A DNA stretch of 24,000 nt from Methanimicrococcus blatticola. Its GTDB lineage: Archaea; Halobacteriota; Methanosarcinia; Methanosarcinales; Methanosarcinaceae. Of the stretch, positions 1 to 10,182 are shown piece by piece. The translations under genes and the position numbers were made by a program. The stretch is from NCBI RefSeq assembly GCF_004363215.1, contig NZ_SNYS01000009.1, positions 70,047 through 94,046 on the forward strand. Direction: 5' to 3'. The stretch's first letter is position 1; each line of letters starts with the position of its first letter. Below the pieces are notes generated by a model. It did no database searches. It was given only the letters and a program-made list of their open reading frames with translations, and was not told where the DNA came from.

Positions 1-9
1 AGAGCAGAT

Positions 10-69
10 GCAAGCGGCAAAGCAAGCGGCAAAGCAAGCGGCAAAGCAAGCGGCAAAGCAAACGGCGAC
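10..69. repeat. 12-bp tandem repeat GCAAGCGGCAAA (4 perfect copies at 10-57, one degenerate copy at 58-69)
   Basis: Read directly from the sequence. A period of 12 keeps all three plus-strand frames open. Frame 1 reads (ASGK)n and stays open to TAG 157-159; frame 2 reads (QAAK)n to TAA 83-85. It may be the repeat-encoded C-terminus of a CDS that starts left of the window, but the frame cannot be decided from this fragment. Confidence 0.85.
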
Positions 70-203
70 GCGAACAGCAACGTAACCAACGACGCAGCGG
101 CAATGCAAACAGCGAGGCAGACGCACAATAAAATCCAGGGCGATTCTAATAAAAATTAGAAAAAAACCGTCACTTGTTTTTTGCTGTATCGGGGGGTACG
201 AAT

Positions 204-260
204 CCGCAAATTTCCGTTTTTTCTCTTCGCTTCGCTCCGTTCAAAAACGAAAATTAGCGG
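204..260. repeat. Imperfect inverted repeat (18-nt arms, 16/18 complementary, 21-nt spacer); possible terminator or structured RNA
   Basis: CCGCAAATTTCCGTTTTT (204-221) pairs with AAAAACGAAAATTAGCGG (243-260). The left arm ends in a T-run. It lies in the convergent intergenic region. Confidence 0.6.
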
Positions 261-319
261 GTGGTTGCTTTGGTTTTTCTTCTAATTTTAATCAGCGGTT
301 CCTAACAATTAAAACAAAA

Positions 320-411
320 ATAAAACAAAAAATAAGACAAAGATAAAACAAAAAATAAGACAAAGATAAAACAAAAAATAAGACAAAGATAAAACAAAAA
401 ATAAGACAAAG
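320..411. repeat. 23-bp tandem repeat ATAAAACAAAAAATAAGACAAAG x4 (perfect), flanked by degenerate partial copies (311-319, 412-450)
   Basis: Unit starts at 320, 343, 366 and 389 are identical. There are no spacers, so it is not a CRISPR. On the minus strand each unit reads CTTTGTCTTATTTTTTGTTTTAT, i.e. oligo-T tracts immediately 3' of the nfnB-like gene. Confidence 0.9.
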
Positions 412-449
412 ATAAAACAAAAGATAAAACGAAAAACAAAGCAGAAAAT

Positions 450-497
450 AAGTTGAAAATAAAAATTAAAAAAGATGAGAAAGCTCATTTTCTCATC
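450..497 (-). terminator. Stem-loop overlapping the stop codon, followed by a T-rich run (3' end of the nfnB-like gene)
   Basis: GATGAGAAA (474-482) and TTTCTCATC (489-497) form a perfect 9-bp stem with loop GCTCAT. On the minus strand it is followed by TTTTTTAATTTTTATTTT (473-450). Confidence 0.5.
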
Positions 498-1960
498 AAA
501 TATTTGTCCATTTCAGCCGCCGCTTTCTTTCCCGCGCCCATCGCAGAAATGACGGTCGCAGCACCGGTGACGACGTCGCCGCCTGCAAAAATGTTTTCTT
601 TCGTGGATCTTAAATCGTCATCGACGATAATTGTTCCGCGTTTGGTTTTCTCAATGCCTGTCGCGCCGATGTAAATCAACGGATTCGGGGCGGTGCCGAT
701 TGCGATAATCACGACATCCGCGTCAATCATGAATTCCGATCCCGGGACGGGTTTCGGGCTTTTTCTGCCGGATTCGTCGGGTTCGCTGAGGTCCATTCTG
801 ATACATTCGACGGCTTTGACATCGAATTTTCTGCCCTGCGGCGTTCCGTCGCCGTAATCGCCGATGATTCTTGTCGGGTTGGCGAGCAAACAGAACTCAA
901 TGCCTTCGTGCTTGGCATGTTCGATTTCTTCGCGGCGGGCGGGAAGTTCCGCGTCGCTTCTGCGGTAAACGATTGTTACGTTTTCCGCGCCGAGGCGGAG
1001 TGCCGAGCGGGCCGCGTCCATTGCAACATTTCCACCGCCGACAACGACAACGTTTTTGCCTTTGCGAATCATTGTATCGGCATCGGCTTCATACGCTTTC
1101 ATCAAATTCACGCGGGTGAGAAATTCATTGGCGGAATAAACGCCGTTTAAATTTTCACCCTCGATGCCCATGAAATTAGGAAGGCCGGCCCCTGTTCCGA
1201 GGAAAACGGCATCGTATTCTCGGGCAATTTCATCCAATGTTTTGATTCTGCCGATTACGTAATCGGTTTTCAGTTCGACGCCGAGTGCCAAAACATCATC
1301 AATTTCCGCTTTCACAATACTCTTAGGTAATCTGAACCCCGGAATGCCGTATGTTAAAACACCGCCCGGGAGGTGGAGTGATTCAAAAATCGTTACTTTG
1401 TGACCGGCTTTGGCAAGGTCTGCTGCGGCGGTTAAGCCGGCAGGGCCTGCGCCGATGACGGCAGCGGTTTTTCCGGTCGGTGCGCTGATGCAGCCGGCAC
1501 CGGGGACGCCTTCTTCAATTTCCGTTCCGTCGCCGATTTTACAGCTTCTGTTTCCGACAGCGCGCGCTTCGTCGGCTGCATATCTCTCCAAGCGGCCGAT
1601 CGCAATCGGCTCACCCTTCTTGCCGAGAATGCACAGCTCTTCGCACTGCGTTTCCTGCGGGCAGACACGGCCGCAGATGGCGGGAAGCATGTTTGTCTCA
1701 AACAATTTCTCGGCAGCGCCTTCGGGATTTCCTTCGGCGATGAATTTGATAAATTTGGGAATATTCACGTTGACCGGACAGCCTTCAACACAGCGCGGCA
1801 CACGGCATTGAATACAGCGCGACGCCTCAGCAATCGCTTCTGCGGCAGTGTAGCCGAGCGCGACTTCATCAAAATTGTGCCGACGGACTTTTGCCGGCTG
1901 TTCCGGCATGGCCACCCTGCCGGTTCTTTCCTTTTTATTAAATAATGTCATAAATTCCAA
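485..1960 (-). CDS. GltD-like NAD(P)H/FAD oxidoreductase, large subunit of an NfnAB/SudAB-type complex (family often annotated as glutamate synthase (NADPH), homotetrameric)
   Basis: 491-aa ORF. It has N-terminal Cys clusters CIQCRVPRCVEGCP and CGRVCPQETQCEELC, dinucleotide-binding motifs VIGAGPAGL and VVVGGGNVAMD, and a C-terminal FAGGD. It sits directly downstream of a PyrK-like partner. ATG at 1951 (MTLFNKK...) is a likelier start than TTG at 1960. Confidence 0.85.
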   Translation of the reverse strand: MEFMTLFNKKERTGRVAMPEQPAKVRRHNFDEVALGYTAAEAIAEASRCIQCRVPRCVEGCPVNVNIPKFIKFIAEGNPEGAAEKLFETNMLPAICGRVCPQETQCEELCILGKKGEPIAIGRLERYAADEARAVGNRSCKIGDGTEIEEGVPGAGCISAPTGKTAAVIGAGPAGLTAAADLAKAGHKVTIFESLHLPGGVLTYGIPGFRLPKSIVKAEIDDVLALGVELKTDYVIGRIKTLDEIAREYDAVFLGTGAGLPNFMGIEGENLNGVYSANEFLTRVNLMKAYEADADTMIRKGKNVVVVGGGNVAMDAARSALRLGAENVTIVYRRSDAELPARREEIEHAKHEGIEFCLLANPTRIIGDYGDGTPQGRKFDVKAVECIRMDLSEPDESGRKSPKPVPGSEFMIDADVVIIAIGTAPNPLIYIGATGIEKTKRGTIIVDDDLRSTKENIFAGGDVVTGAATVISAMGAGKKAAAEMDKYLMRK

Positions 1961-1965
1961 TCCTT

Positions 1966-2850
1966 TTAAATTTTAGAGCAAATGCCGCCGGCACAGTCAT
2001 CATCATATTTTTGAGACGCGGCCAATTCATCTTTCTTGTAAATCATCAAACGGTTCATAACGGTATCAAAATCAACCAACCGACCGTCAAATTCCGGACC
2101 GTCGACGCAAGCGAATTTAACCTCGCCGCCGACAATCACACGGCAGCCGCCGCACATGCCTGTTCCGTCCACCATCATGGAGTTGATGCTGACAACAATT
2201 TCAACATCCGGATAATCTTTCATCATGTCCGTTGCGACTTTCATTAAAATCGGAGGGCCGATGACGACAACGCGGCCGATTCTTTCGCCTTTGTATTCGC
2301 CTGCGTTTTGTTTGTCCAAAAGATCTTTGACAACTTCGGTCACAAAACCGTGGCGGCCTTTTGAACCGTCATCCGTTGTCACATAATGTTCGTCACTTGC
2401 CGCTTCAAATTCCTTTTCCATCATCAGCAAGTCTTTATTGCGGGCCCCGATGATTGTAATCACGCGGTTGCCGGCATCTTTGTACGCTTTAATCTGCGGA
2501 TAAATCGGCGCGATACCGACACCGCCGCCGACAAGGATGACCGATCCGATCTTTTTGACATCGGCCGGTGTTCCGAGCGGACCGACAAAATCCTGTAAAC
2601 TTTCGCCGACTTCCATTTTGGTAATCTGCTTTGTTCCTTTTCCAAGTGCCTGCACTGACATCATAATGGTTCCTCTCTCACGGTCGATGTCGGCAATTGT
2701 CAGCGGAATTCTTTCACTGTCATCATATGCGCGAACGATGACGAATTGGCCGGCTTTCGCGGCGGCAGCAACATCGGGCGCGTCGATTACCATCTTCCAG
2801 ACGCCGGATGCCATCTCTTCTTTTTCTAAAATTTCAAAAGGCATTTTCAA
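1966..2850 (-). CDS. PyrK-like FAD/[2Fe-2S] ferredoxin-NADP reductase-type small subunit (NfnA/SudB-like)
   Basis: 294-aa ORF. Motifs are RIPLTIAD (FAD binding), LVGGGVGIAP (NAD(P) binding) and the C-terminal cysteine motif MCGGCRV...KFACVDGPEF. It is tightly linked to the GltD-like gene, which is the canonical pairing. Confidence 0.85.
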   Translation of the reverse strand: MKMPFEILEKEEMASGVWKMVIDAPDVAAAAKAGQFVIVRAYDDSERIPLTIADIDRERGTIMMSVQALGKGTKQITKMEVGESLQDFVGPLGTPADVKKIGSVILVGGGVGIAPIYPQIKAYKDAGNRVITIIGARNKDLLMMEKEFEAASDEHYVTTDDGSKGRHGFVTEVVKDLLDKQNAGEYKGERIGRVVVIGPPILMKVATDMMKDYPDVEIVVSINSMMVDGTGMCGGCRVIVGGEVKFACVDGPEFDGRLVDFDTVMNRLMIYKKDELAASQKYDDDCAGGICSKI

Positions 2851-3113
2851 TCACAAAAATTAATTTTCGGTTACGGTTTTATTAAAGTTTCCGTATTGCT
2901 TTGGTTTAAAATCGAAAAAAGCAACATGATTCTCTTTACTTTTAAGTTTTTACATTTATGAAAGACAAGAATCTTAAAATCCGATTCCTTATTATATACA
3001 TTCCTCTTTTTAAGACCTCCAAAAACCCAAAACAAACTCGTGAGGCAAAACATATAAATACAACAAATATGTTTGTAGGTTCTGCTTCAGATACGACAAA
3101 CAATTTCCAAACG

Positions 3114-3190
3114 GGGCCCATAGCTCAGTCAGGCAGAGCGACTGGCTTTTAACCAGTCGGCCTAGGGTTCAAATCCCTATGGGCCCGCCA
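3114..3190 (+). tRNA. tRNA-Lys (anticodon UUU), CCA encoded
   Basis: Manual cloverleaf:
- acceptor stem GGGCCCA/TGGGCCC;
- D arm GCTC-AGTCAGGCA-GAGC;
- anticodon arm ACTGG-CTTTTAA-CCAGT (anticodon TTT);
- variable loop CGGCC;
- T arm TAGGG-TTCAAAT-CCCTA;
- discriminator G, then CCA, followed by a T6 run. Confidence 0.93.
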
Positions 3191-3390
3191 TTTTTTCATA
3201 TTTGACAATTATGCCGGAATCGTGCTTGTCATTTTGTTTTAAATCGATGTTTGACGGTATCGTTTCGCACCCGAATCAAAAATAAAATGAAAAATATAAA
3301 AAGGCGATTCCAAAAAAAGTGTCGTTTACCGCAACTTGCGGCTGCAGCAATCAAATATGAACCAACTATCTTTCTCACGGAGGAAAAGAT

Positions 3391-3633
3391 TTGACATTTA
3401 AACTTCTTGATCATGAATCGGTCCCCCATCATGAAATTATTGAGGGAGAGGAAGTGGCGGTCTTACTCGAAAAGTACGCCATTGACAAGGAACAGCTCCC
3501 CAAAATCAGATTTGATGACCCGATTGTCCTTGAAATCGGCGCAAAAATCGGCGATGTCGTGAAAATTTCACGCAAAAGCCAGACTGCCGATGAATCTTTC
3601 TACTACAGACTCGTCATCGACGCCGTCGTTTAA
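3391..3633 (+). CDS. rpoH: DNA-directed RNA polymerase subunit H (Rpo5)
   Basis: 80 aa. The sequence LLDHESVPHHEII...QLPKIRFDDPIV...IGDVVKISRKSQTADESFYYRLV matches the RpoH/Rpb5 C-terminal domain pattern. It has a TTG start, with GGAGG 7 nt upstream. Confidence 0.9.
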   Translation: MTFKLLDHESVPHHEIIEGEEVAVLLEKYAIDKEQLPKIRFDDPIVLEIGAKIGDVVKISRKSQTADESFYYRLVIDAVV

Positions 3634-3972
3634 AAACGCTGACAGATTTATTTTGATATTGTTTGAAAATAAAGGGAAAATTAATCTATTATAATCGCCC
3701 GCATTCCCGCCAACCGACCTGCCAAAAAACTCAATATTATATACATCCGTAAAATGCCGCTGAAGCACGGCATCGTATAACGTTTTTCGGCCCGGCGCTT
3801 TTCTTTCTTTTTGTCGTTTAATGCCGGCCGATTTGTTATTGCGGATTTATATTTCCGGTTGAGTCAGTCAAGCCGACGCGGCGTATCAAACAATATCGTT
3901 TATTTGATCACATTTATTTACAAAATATCAAACAATTGAACAGACAGACGAATAAAATTACTCAACAAGAGG

Positions 3973-5694
3973 GTGCTAACTATTACATTAGATACACGTG
4001 TCCTGACGAAATATTATTTCACACAAGATAAAATTGTACAACATCATATCGATTCGTTCAATAAATTCTTGGATACAGGACTTCAAAAAATTATAGATGA
4101 ACAACAAATCATCGAGACGGATATCGAAGGAACTTATCTGAAGCTCGGCAAGATCCGCGTCGAAAATCCGGTTGTCAATGAAGCCGACGGTGCGACCCAC
4201 AGACTTTTCCCCAACGAAGCGCGTCTTCGAAATCTTTCTTATTCCGCGCCGTTATATCTTGAAATGTCCGTCGTTAAAGAAGGGCAGGACACACAGGACG
4301 AACCGATTGAAGCAAAAATCGGTCAGCTTCCGATTATGCTCAAGTCCAAAGTCTGCAACTTAATCGGCATGACAGATGACGAAAAAATCTCAAACGGCGA
4401 AGATCCGCTTGACTGCGGCGGTTATTTCATTGTCGGCGGCACTGAACGTGTCGTTATGACGCTTGAAGACCTCGCGCCGAACAAGATTCTCACCGAATAC
4501 GGTGAACGCTACGGCGACAAAATCGAAGTCGCGAAAGTCTTCTCTCAAAAGAAAGGCTACCGTGCGCTCGTTGTCGTTGAGCGCGGACGCAAATCTTTGC
4601 TTGAAGTTTCCTTCCCGTCCATCACCGGAAGACTCAACTTTATCACACTTATCCGCGCGCTCGGTATCGTCACTGATCAGGATGTTGTGACAGCCGTTTC
4701 AAGCGACCCTGAAATTGTCAAATTCATGCTTGAAAACTTAGATGAAGCTGAAGTTGACACCATGCAGGACGCGATTGAAAAAATCGGTATGCGCGTTGCA
4801 GCAGGGCAAGCCCGCGAATACCAAATCAAGCGTGCCAACTATGTTTTGGACAGATACTTGCTGCCCCATCTCGGCGACAAACCCGAAGACCGCGTTTCAA
4901 AAGCCAATTTCCTTGCCAGAATGGCAGAATCATGCTTTGAATTAGCCCTCGGAAAACGCAATGAAGATGACAAAGACCACTACTCCAACAAACGTCTGAA
5001 GCTTGCGGGCGACCTCATGGAAGATCTCTTCCGTGTCTCTTTTAACAAACTTTCCCGCGATATTAAATATCAGTTGGAGCGTGCCAGCATGAGAAACCGT
5101 GAACTCAACGTTGCCACAATCGTTCGTGCCGACGTTTTGACAGACCGCTTACAGCACCCGCTCGCCACCGGCAACTGGGTCGGCGGCAGAACCGGTGTCT
5201 CACAGCTTTTGGACAGAAACGATCACATCTCAACGCTTTCACACCTTCGCCGCGTGATTTCTCCGCTTTCCCGCGCTCAGCCGCACTTCGAAGCGCGTGA
5301 CTTGCACCCGACACAGTGGGGACGTCTCTGCCCGTCAGAAACCCCTGAAGGTCCGAACTGCGGTCTTGTGAAGAACTTTGCCGAAATGGTGGAACTCTCA
5401 ACAGGTGTTGACGACACAGATCCCATCAAACAGGCGCTTTACAACTTAGGCGTTGAGAAATTCCAGTTTATCCAGCCCGAAATCATTGAAGTCGAATACG
5501 ACAGTGCCGAGAAAGAAGAATTCGAAAGCGAATTCGAGGAAAAAGCCATCGGCATTAAGAAGACGGAAGGCGAATTCAGTGAAGAAGAAGACGCAACTTC
5601 AGAATCACACGCCGTGCCTGTCGAAAAGGAACACGACGACATGGATGACGACTTCTTAGGCGGCATCGACTACGACGGGGGAATTGACGAATGA
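3973..5694 (+). CDS. rpoB2: DNA-directed RNA polymerase subunit B'' (N-terminal half of split Rpo2), with an acidic C-terminal extension of about 75 aa
   Basis: 573 aa. Conserved RpoB N-terminal blocks are present: [53 protein letters not shown] and [16 protein letters not shown]. It has a GTG start. Its stop overlaps the rpoB1 start (ATGA at 5691-5694). Confidence 0.93.
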   Translation: MLTITLDTRVLTKYYFTQDKIVQHHIDSFNKFLDTGLQKIIDEQQIIETDIEGTYLKLGKIRVENPVVNEADGATHRLFPNEARLRNLSYSAPLYLEMSVVKEGQDTQDEPIEAKIGQLPIMLKSKVCNLIGMTDDEKISNGEDPLDCGGYFIVGGTERVVMTLEDLAPNKILTEYGERYGDKIEVAKVFSQKKGYRALVVVERGRKSLLEVSFPSITGRLNFITLIRALGIVTDQDVVTAVSSDPEIVKFMLENLDEAEVDTMQDAIEKIGMRVAAGQAREYQIKRANYVLDRYLLPHLGDKPEDRVSKANFLARMAESCFELALGKRNEDDKDHYSNKRLKLAGDLMEDLFRVSFNKLSRDIKYQLERASMRNRELNVATIVRADVLTDRLQHPLATGNWVGGRTGVSQLLDRNDHISTLSHLRRVISPLSRAQPHFEARDLHPTQWGRLCPSETPEGPNCGLVKNFAEMVELSTGVDDTDPIKQALYNLGVEKFQFIQPEIIEVEYDSAEKEEFESEFEEKAIGIKKTEGEFSEEEDATSESHAVPVEKEHDDMDDDFLGGIDYDGGIDE

Positions 5695-7529
5695 TGAACA
5701 GATCTAAAATTTTCTTAGACGGCGAATTGATCGGAACGCATGATGATCCGATTACACTCGTTTCCAACATCCGCGAAATGAGAAGAAAAGGTTACTTCTC
5801 AAAGCAGGTCAACGTGGCTTTCCTGGAACACACCGGCGAAGTCATTATTTCCGCCGACATCGGTCGTGCCAGAAGACCGCTTTTGATTGTTGAAAACGGT
5901 GCTCTTCTCGTTACAGAAGAACATATTGAAAAATTAAGAACCGGTGAATTGAGCTTTGAAGATTTGGTCGACCTCGGCCTCATCGAATATCTTGATGCCG
6001 AAGAAGAAGAAAACGCTTACGTGGCTCTTCGCGAAAGAGAATTGAACGAACGCCACACCCACATGGAGCTGTCACCCGATTTGATTTTGGGTATTTGTAC
6101 CGGTATGATTCCGTATCCGGAACACAATGCGGCCCCGCGTTGTACAATGGGCGCGGCCATGATTAAGCAGTGTATCGGTGTTTCAACTGCAAACCACAAA
6201 CTCAGACCCGACACGCGCGCCAACATTTTGCATTATCCGCAGCGTGCCATGACCTACACGCAAACCTGCGAGTCCATCGGTTTCGATGACAGACCCGCCG
6301 GTCAGAACTTCGTTGTCGCCATTCTCTCTTACGAAGGCTACAATATTGAAGACGCTCTTGTTTTCAACAGAGGTTCCATTGAAAGAGGTCTCGGCCGCAG
6401 CCACTTCGTTCGTACGTTTGAAGGCGAAGAACGCCGCTACCCCGGCGGTCAGGAAGACAAGTTCGAAATCCCCGACTCCGAATACCGCGGTGCCAGAAGT
6501 GCCGAAGCTTACGCCGAACTTGATGAAGACGGTTTGGTTAACCCCGAAACATATGCCGCTCCGAATGCGGTTTTGATCGGCAAAACCAGTCCGCCCCGTT
6601 TCCTTGAAGAAAACACCGGCGGCCTTGATTCCGGTTTCAGCCAGCAGAGACGTGAAAGTTCCGTCACAATGCGCTCGAATGAAAAAGGTGTTGTTGACAA
6701 CGTTATTTTGACAGAATCCATCAACGGTACAAGATTGGCCAAGGTCAAAGTCAGAGACGAACGTATTCCCGATATCGGTGACAAGTTCGCTTCAAGACAC
6801 GGTCAGAAAGGCGTTATCGGCTTGAAAGTTAACATCGCCGACATGCCGTTTACCGAATCCGGTTTGTCACCCGACTTGATGATTAACCCCCACGCAATCC
6901 CGTCCCGTATGACTGTCGGTCACGTTCTTGAAATGATCGGCGGTAAAGTCGGTTCCATGGAAGGACGCCGCATTGACGCAACAGCCTTCTCCGCTGCCGA
7001 AGAAAACGGTGACGACGAAGAAAAACTCAGAGAAACGCTTCAGAAATACGGCTTTGCCCACACCGGCAAAGAAGTCTTCTATGACGGCGTGACCGGAAAA
7101 ATGATTCCGGCTGATGTTTTCGTCGGCGTGATTCTTTATCAGAAACTTCACCACATGGTTACTTCAAAAATGCACGCCAGATCCCGCGGTCCCGTTCAGG
7201 TGCTTACCAGACAGCCGACAGAAGGACGTGCAAGAGAAGGAGGTCTTCGTTTCGGTGAAATGGAGCGTGACGTTCTCGTCGGTCACGGCGCAGCAATGTG
7301 TCTCAAAGAAAGATTATTGGAAGAGTCCGACAAGGATGAAGAATACGTCTGCAGCAACTGCGGTATGATTGCCACATTTGACAGACAAAGAAACATGGCG
7401 GTTTGCCCCAACTGCGGTGCCGATACCGACATTTACCTTGTTGAAATGAGTTATTCCTTCAAGCTCCTGCTTGACGAAATTAAATCCCTCGGTGTTGCGC
7501 CGAGAATGGAACTTGAGGATGCGGTGTAA
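5691..7529 (+). CDS. rpoB1: DNA-directed RNA polymerase subunit B' (C-terminal half of split Rpo2)
   Basis: 612 aa. Conserved blocks include [64 protein letters not shown] and [11 protein letters not shown], plus the C-terminal zinc ribbon CSNCG...CPNCG. Confidence 0.95.
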   Translation: MMNRSKIFLDGELIGTHDDPITLVSNIREMRRKGYFSKQVNVAFLEHTGEVIISADIGRARRPLLIVENGALLVTEEHIEKLRTGELSFEDLVDLGLIEYLDAEEEENAYVALRERELNERHTHMELSPDLILGICTGMIPYPEHNAAPRCTMGAAMIKQCIGVSTANHKLRPDTRANILHYPQRAMTYTQTCESIGFDDRPAGQNFVVAILSYEGYNIEDALVFNRGSIERGLGRSHFVRTFEGEERRYPGGQEDKFEIPDSEYRGARSAEAYAELDEDGLVNPETYAAPNAVLIGKTSPPRFLEENTGGLDSGFSQQRRESSVTMRSNEKGVVDNVILTESINGTRLAKVKVRDERIPDIGDKFASRHGQKGVIGLKVNIADMPFTESGLSPDLMINPHAIPSRMTVGHVLEMIGGKVGSMEGRRIDATAFSAAEENGDDEEKLRETLQKYGFAHTGKEVFYDGVTGKMIPADVFVGVILYQKLHHMVTSKMHARSRGPVQVLTRQPTEGRAREGGLRFGEMERDVLVGHGAAMCLKERLLEESDKDEEYVCSNCGMIATFDRQRNMAVCPNCGADTDIYLVEMSYSFKLLLDEIKSLGVAPRMELEDAV

Positions 7530-7531
7530 TC

Positions 7532-10180
7532 ATGATGTCAAAAAGAATTCAACAGATTCCGAAAAGAATTTCCGCCATCAAATTCGGTTTACTTTCCCCG
7601 AAAGAAATCAGAAACATGAGCGCGACAAACGTCATCACCGCAGACACATATGATGAAGACGGTTTCCCGATTGAAATGGGTCTCATGGACACGCGTCTCG
7701 GTGTGATTGACCCGGGATTGAAATGTAAAACCTGCCACTCCAAGGCAGGCGAATGTCCCGGTCACTTCGGTCACATTGAACTTGTCGTTCCGGTTATTCA
7801 CGTCGGTTTCAACAAAACCATCCGCAAGTTGCTCCGCTCTGTTTGCGGTAACTGCAGCCGTTTGCTTTTGAATGAAACGCAGAAAGAAGATTATTTGGCG
7901 CAGCTTAATGCCGTTAAAGGCATCGGTCACATGCCCGATGACTTAATCAATGAAGTCTACAAGGAAGCGGCCAAAGTCAAGAGATGTCCGTACTGTGACG
8001 CGGAACAAAATGACATTAAATTCGAAAAGCCGACCGAATATCTCGAAAACGGTGAACGTTTAACACCGACTGAAATTCGTGACCGCTTTGAAAATATTCC
8101 GGATGAAGATATCCGTGTCATCGGCATGGACCCTGAAAACGCGCGTCCCGAATGGATGGTTTTAACCGTTTTGCCGGTGCCGCCGGTTACCGTCAGACCG
8201 TCCATCACACTCGAATCCGGTCAGCGCAGTGAAGACGACTTGACACACAAGTTGGTCGATATTATCAGAATCAATCAGAGATTCCAGGAAAACAGAGACG
8301 CAGGCGCTCCCCAGCTCATTATTGAGGACTTGTGGGAACTCTTGCAGTATCACGTCACTACTTTCTTTGACAACTCCGTCTCAGGCATTCCGCCGGCCAG
8401 ACACAGATCAGGTCGCCCGCTCAAGACGCTTTCTCAGCGTTTGAAAGGAAAGGAAGGCCGTTTCAGAGGCAGTTTGTCCGGTAAACGTGTTAATTTCTCC
8501 GCCCGTACCGTTATTTCTCCGGATCCGGACTTGAGCATCAACGAAGTCGGCGTGCCGCTTCCGATTGCGCTCATCTTAACCATTCCGGAACACGTGACAG
8601 AACGTAACGTTGATTTCTTAAAAGAACACATCCGCCGCGGTCCGGCAAACTATCCGGGCGCGAATTACGTTATTCGTTCCGACGGCGGCCGTATCAAAAT
8701 TACGGACATCAACCAGGAAGATTTGTGTGAAAAACTCGAATACGGCTGGATTGTCGAAAGACACCTCCGTGACGGCGATGTTGTTCTCTTCAACCGTCAG
8801 CCCTCTTTGCACAAGATGAGTATTATGGCACACAGCGTCAAGGTTTTGGACGGCAAAACGTTCCGTATGAACCCGGCCGTTTGTCCGCCGTATAACGCTG
8901 ACTTTGACGGTGACGAAATGAACATGCACGTGCTGCAAACCGAAGAAGCAAGAGCGGAAGCAAAGATTCTGCTTCAGGTTCAGGAAAACATCCTGTCTCC
9001 GCGTTTCGGCGGTCCGATTGTCGGCGGTATTCACGACCACATTTCCGGTATGTTCCTTTTGACAAGAAAAGACAACCCTGTCACGGGCCGTATCAACAAA
9101 GACGATGCGCTCGACTTGCTCCGAAAGACGGATATCCGTGAACTTCCCGCGCCGGCAGGCGTTGATGAAAACGGTGAAGAATACTGGACCGGAAAACAGA
9201 TTTTCAGTCAGATTCTCCCCGAAGGTCTCAACATTTCATTCTCTTCCAATGTCGGTACAAAAGACATGGAAGAAGACTTGAAGAACGACGCTTATGTTGT
9301 TATCGAAGACGGTGAACTGATTGCCGGAACAATTGATGAAACGGCAATGGGCGCTTTCAAAGCACAGATTTTAGACACAATTATTAAAGAATACGGCACA
9401 ACTCGCGGCGCGCAATTCGTTGACGATGTCACGAAACTTGCGATTCGCGCGGTCATGAGAACGGGTCTTTCATTCGGTATTGCCGATGAAGACATCCCCG
9501 AAGAAGCCAAGATTCAGATTGACATGGTTTTAACAACCGCCGAGGACGAAGTTCAGAAGCTCATTCAGGCTTACAAAGATGAAGAACTCGAACCGCTCCC
9601 CGGAAGAACGCTTGATGAAACCATTGAAATGCGTATCATGCAGGAACTTGGTCGTGCTCGTGACAAGTCCGGTAAGATTGCCGACGCGCACATGGGTCTT
9701 GAAAACCCTGCTGCGATGATGGCCCGCTCCGGTGCTCGTGGTTCTATTTTGAACATTACGCAGATGGCTGCTTGTGTCGGTCAGCAGGCCGTTCGTGGTG
9801 CCCGTATCAACAGAGGTTACCGCGAAAGAACGTTGCCGCACTTTGAACGCGGTGACTTGGGTGCTGACGCGCACGGTTTCGTTAAGTCCAGCTACAAGAG
9901 CGGTTTGAACCCGACGGAATACTTCTTCCACTCGATCGGTGGTCGTGAAGGTTTGGTCGACACGGCCGTTCGTACGTCTCAGTCCGGTTATCTCCAGCGC
10001 CGTTTGGTCAGTGCGCTTCAGGATTTGGAAGTTCAGCCTGACTACACCGTTCGTGACACCCGCGGCGTGATTGTACAGTTCCTTTACGGTGAAGACGGTA
10101 TTGACCCGACAAAGAGTGACTTCGCTAAACCCGAAGCAATTCACCGTATTTTCAGAAACGTTACCGGAAAGGAGGTCTGA
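7532..10180 (+). CDS. rpoA1: DNA-directed RNA polymerase subunit A' (Rpo1N)
   Basis: 882 aa. It carries the Zn motif [20 protein letters not shown], the catalytic [12 protein letters not shown], and the RQPSLHKMS and bridge-helix region blocks. It starts 2 nt after the rpoB1 stop. Confidence 0.95.
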   Translation: MMSKRIQQIPKRISAIKFGLLSPKEIRNMSATNVITADTYDEDGFPIEMGLMDTRLGVIDPGLKCKTCHSKAGECPGHFGHIELVVPVIHVGFNKTIRKLLRSVCGNCSRLLLNETQKEDYLAQLNAVKGIGHMPDDLINEVYKEAAKVKRCPYCDAEQNDIKFEKPTEYLENGERLTPTEIRDRFENIPDEDIRVIGMDPENARPEWMVLTVLPVPPVTVRPSITLESGQRSEDDLTHKLVDIIRINQRFQENRDAGAPQLIIEDLWELLQYHVTTFFDNSVSGIPPARHRSGRPLKTLSQRLKGKEGRFRGSLSGKRVNFSARTVISPDPDLSINEVGVPLPIALILTIPEHVTERNVDFLKEHIRRGPANYPGANYVIRSDGGRIKITDINQEDLCEKLEYGWIVERHLRDGDVVLFNRQPSLHKMSIMAHSVKVLDGKTFRMNPAVCPPYNADFDGDEMNMHVLQTEEARAEAKILLQVQENILSPRFGGPIVGGIHDHISGMFLLTRKDNPVTGRINKDDALDLLRKTDIRELPAPAGVDENGEEYWTGKQIFSQILPEGLNISFSSNVGTKDMEEDLKNDAYVVIEDGELIAGTIDETAMGAFKAQILDTIIKEYGTTRGAQFVDDVTKLAIRAVMRTGLSFGIADEDIPEEAKIQIDMVLTTAEDEVQKLIQAYKDEELEPLPGRTLDETIEMRIMQELGRARDKSGKIADAHMGLENPAAMMARSGARGSILNITQMAACVGQQAVRGARINRGYRERTLPHFERGDLGADAHGFVKSSYKSGLNPTEYFFHSIGGREGLVDTAVRTSQSGYLQRRLVSALQDLEVQPDYTVRDTRGVIVQFLYGEDGIDPTKSDFAKPEAIHRIFRNVTGKEV

Positions 10181-10182
10181 TT

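Noticed and set aside
157-285. Second possible UAG readthrough: the frame after TAG 157-159 stays open for 41 codons
   Set aside because: The upstream frame itself is undetermined. The downstream peptide (KKTVTCFLLYRGVRIRKFPFF...) is encoded by terminator-like T-runs and an inverted repeat, and it has no domain logic, unlike the KaiC-like case.
311-450. Possible CRISPR array (regular short direct repeats)
   Set aside because: The 23-bp units abut each other with no spacers, are A/T-rich and non-palindromic, and there are only 4 perfect copies. This is a simple tandem repeat, not a CRISPR.
453-2863. Plus-strand ORFs overlapping the nfn genes (453-674, 871-1119, 908-1150, 1410-1811, 2011-2247, 2386-2598, 2537-2863)
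   Set aside because: They are antisense shadows of two clearly conserved minus-strand oxidoreductase genes.
2871-3432. Small ORFs around the tRNA (2871-3053 minus, 2958-3152 plus, 3229-3432 minus)
   Set aside because: They lie in AT-rich promoter or intergenic DNA. One overlaps the tRNA-Lys gene and another overlaps the rpoH start. None has supporting motifs.
5691-10180. Inteins or large insertions in rpoB1/rpoA1
   Set aside because: The lengths (612 and 882 aa) and the uninterrupted succession of conserved blocks leave no room for an intein. No Cys/Ser...HN splice-junction pattern was seen.
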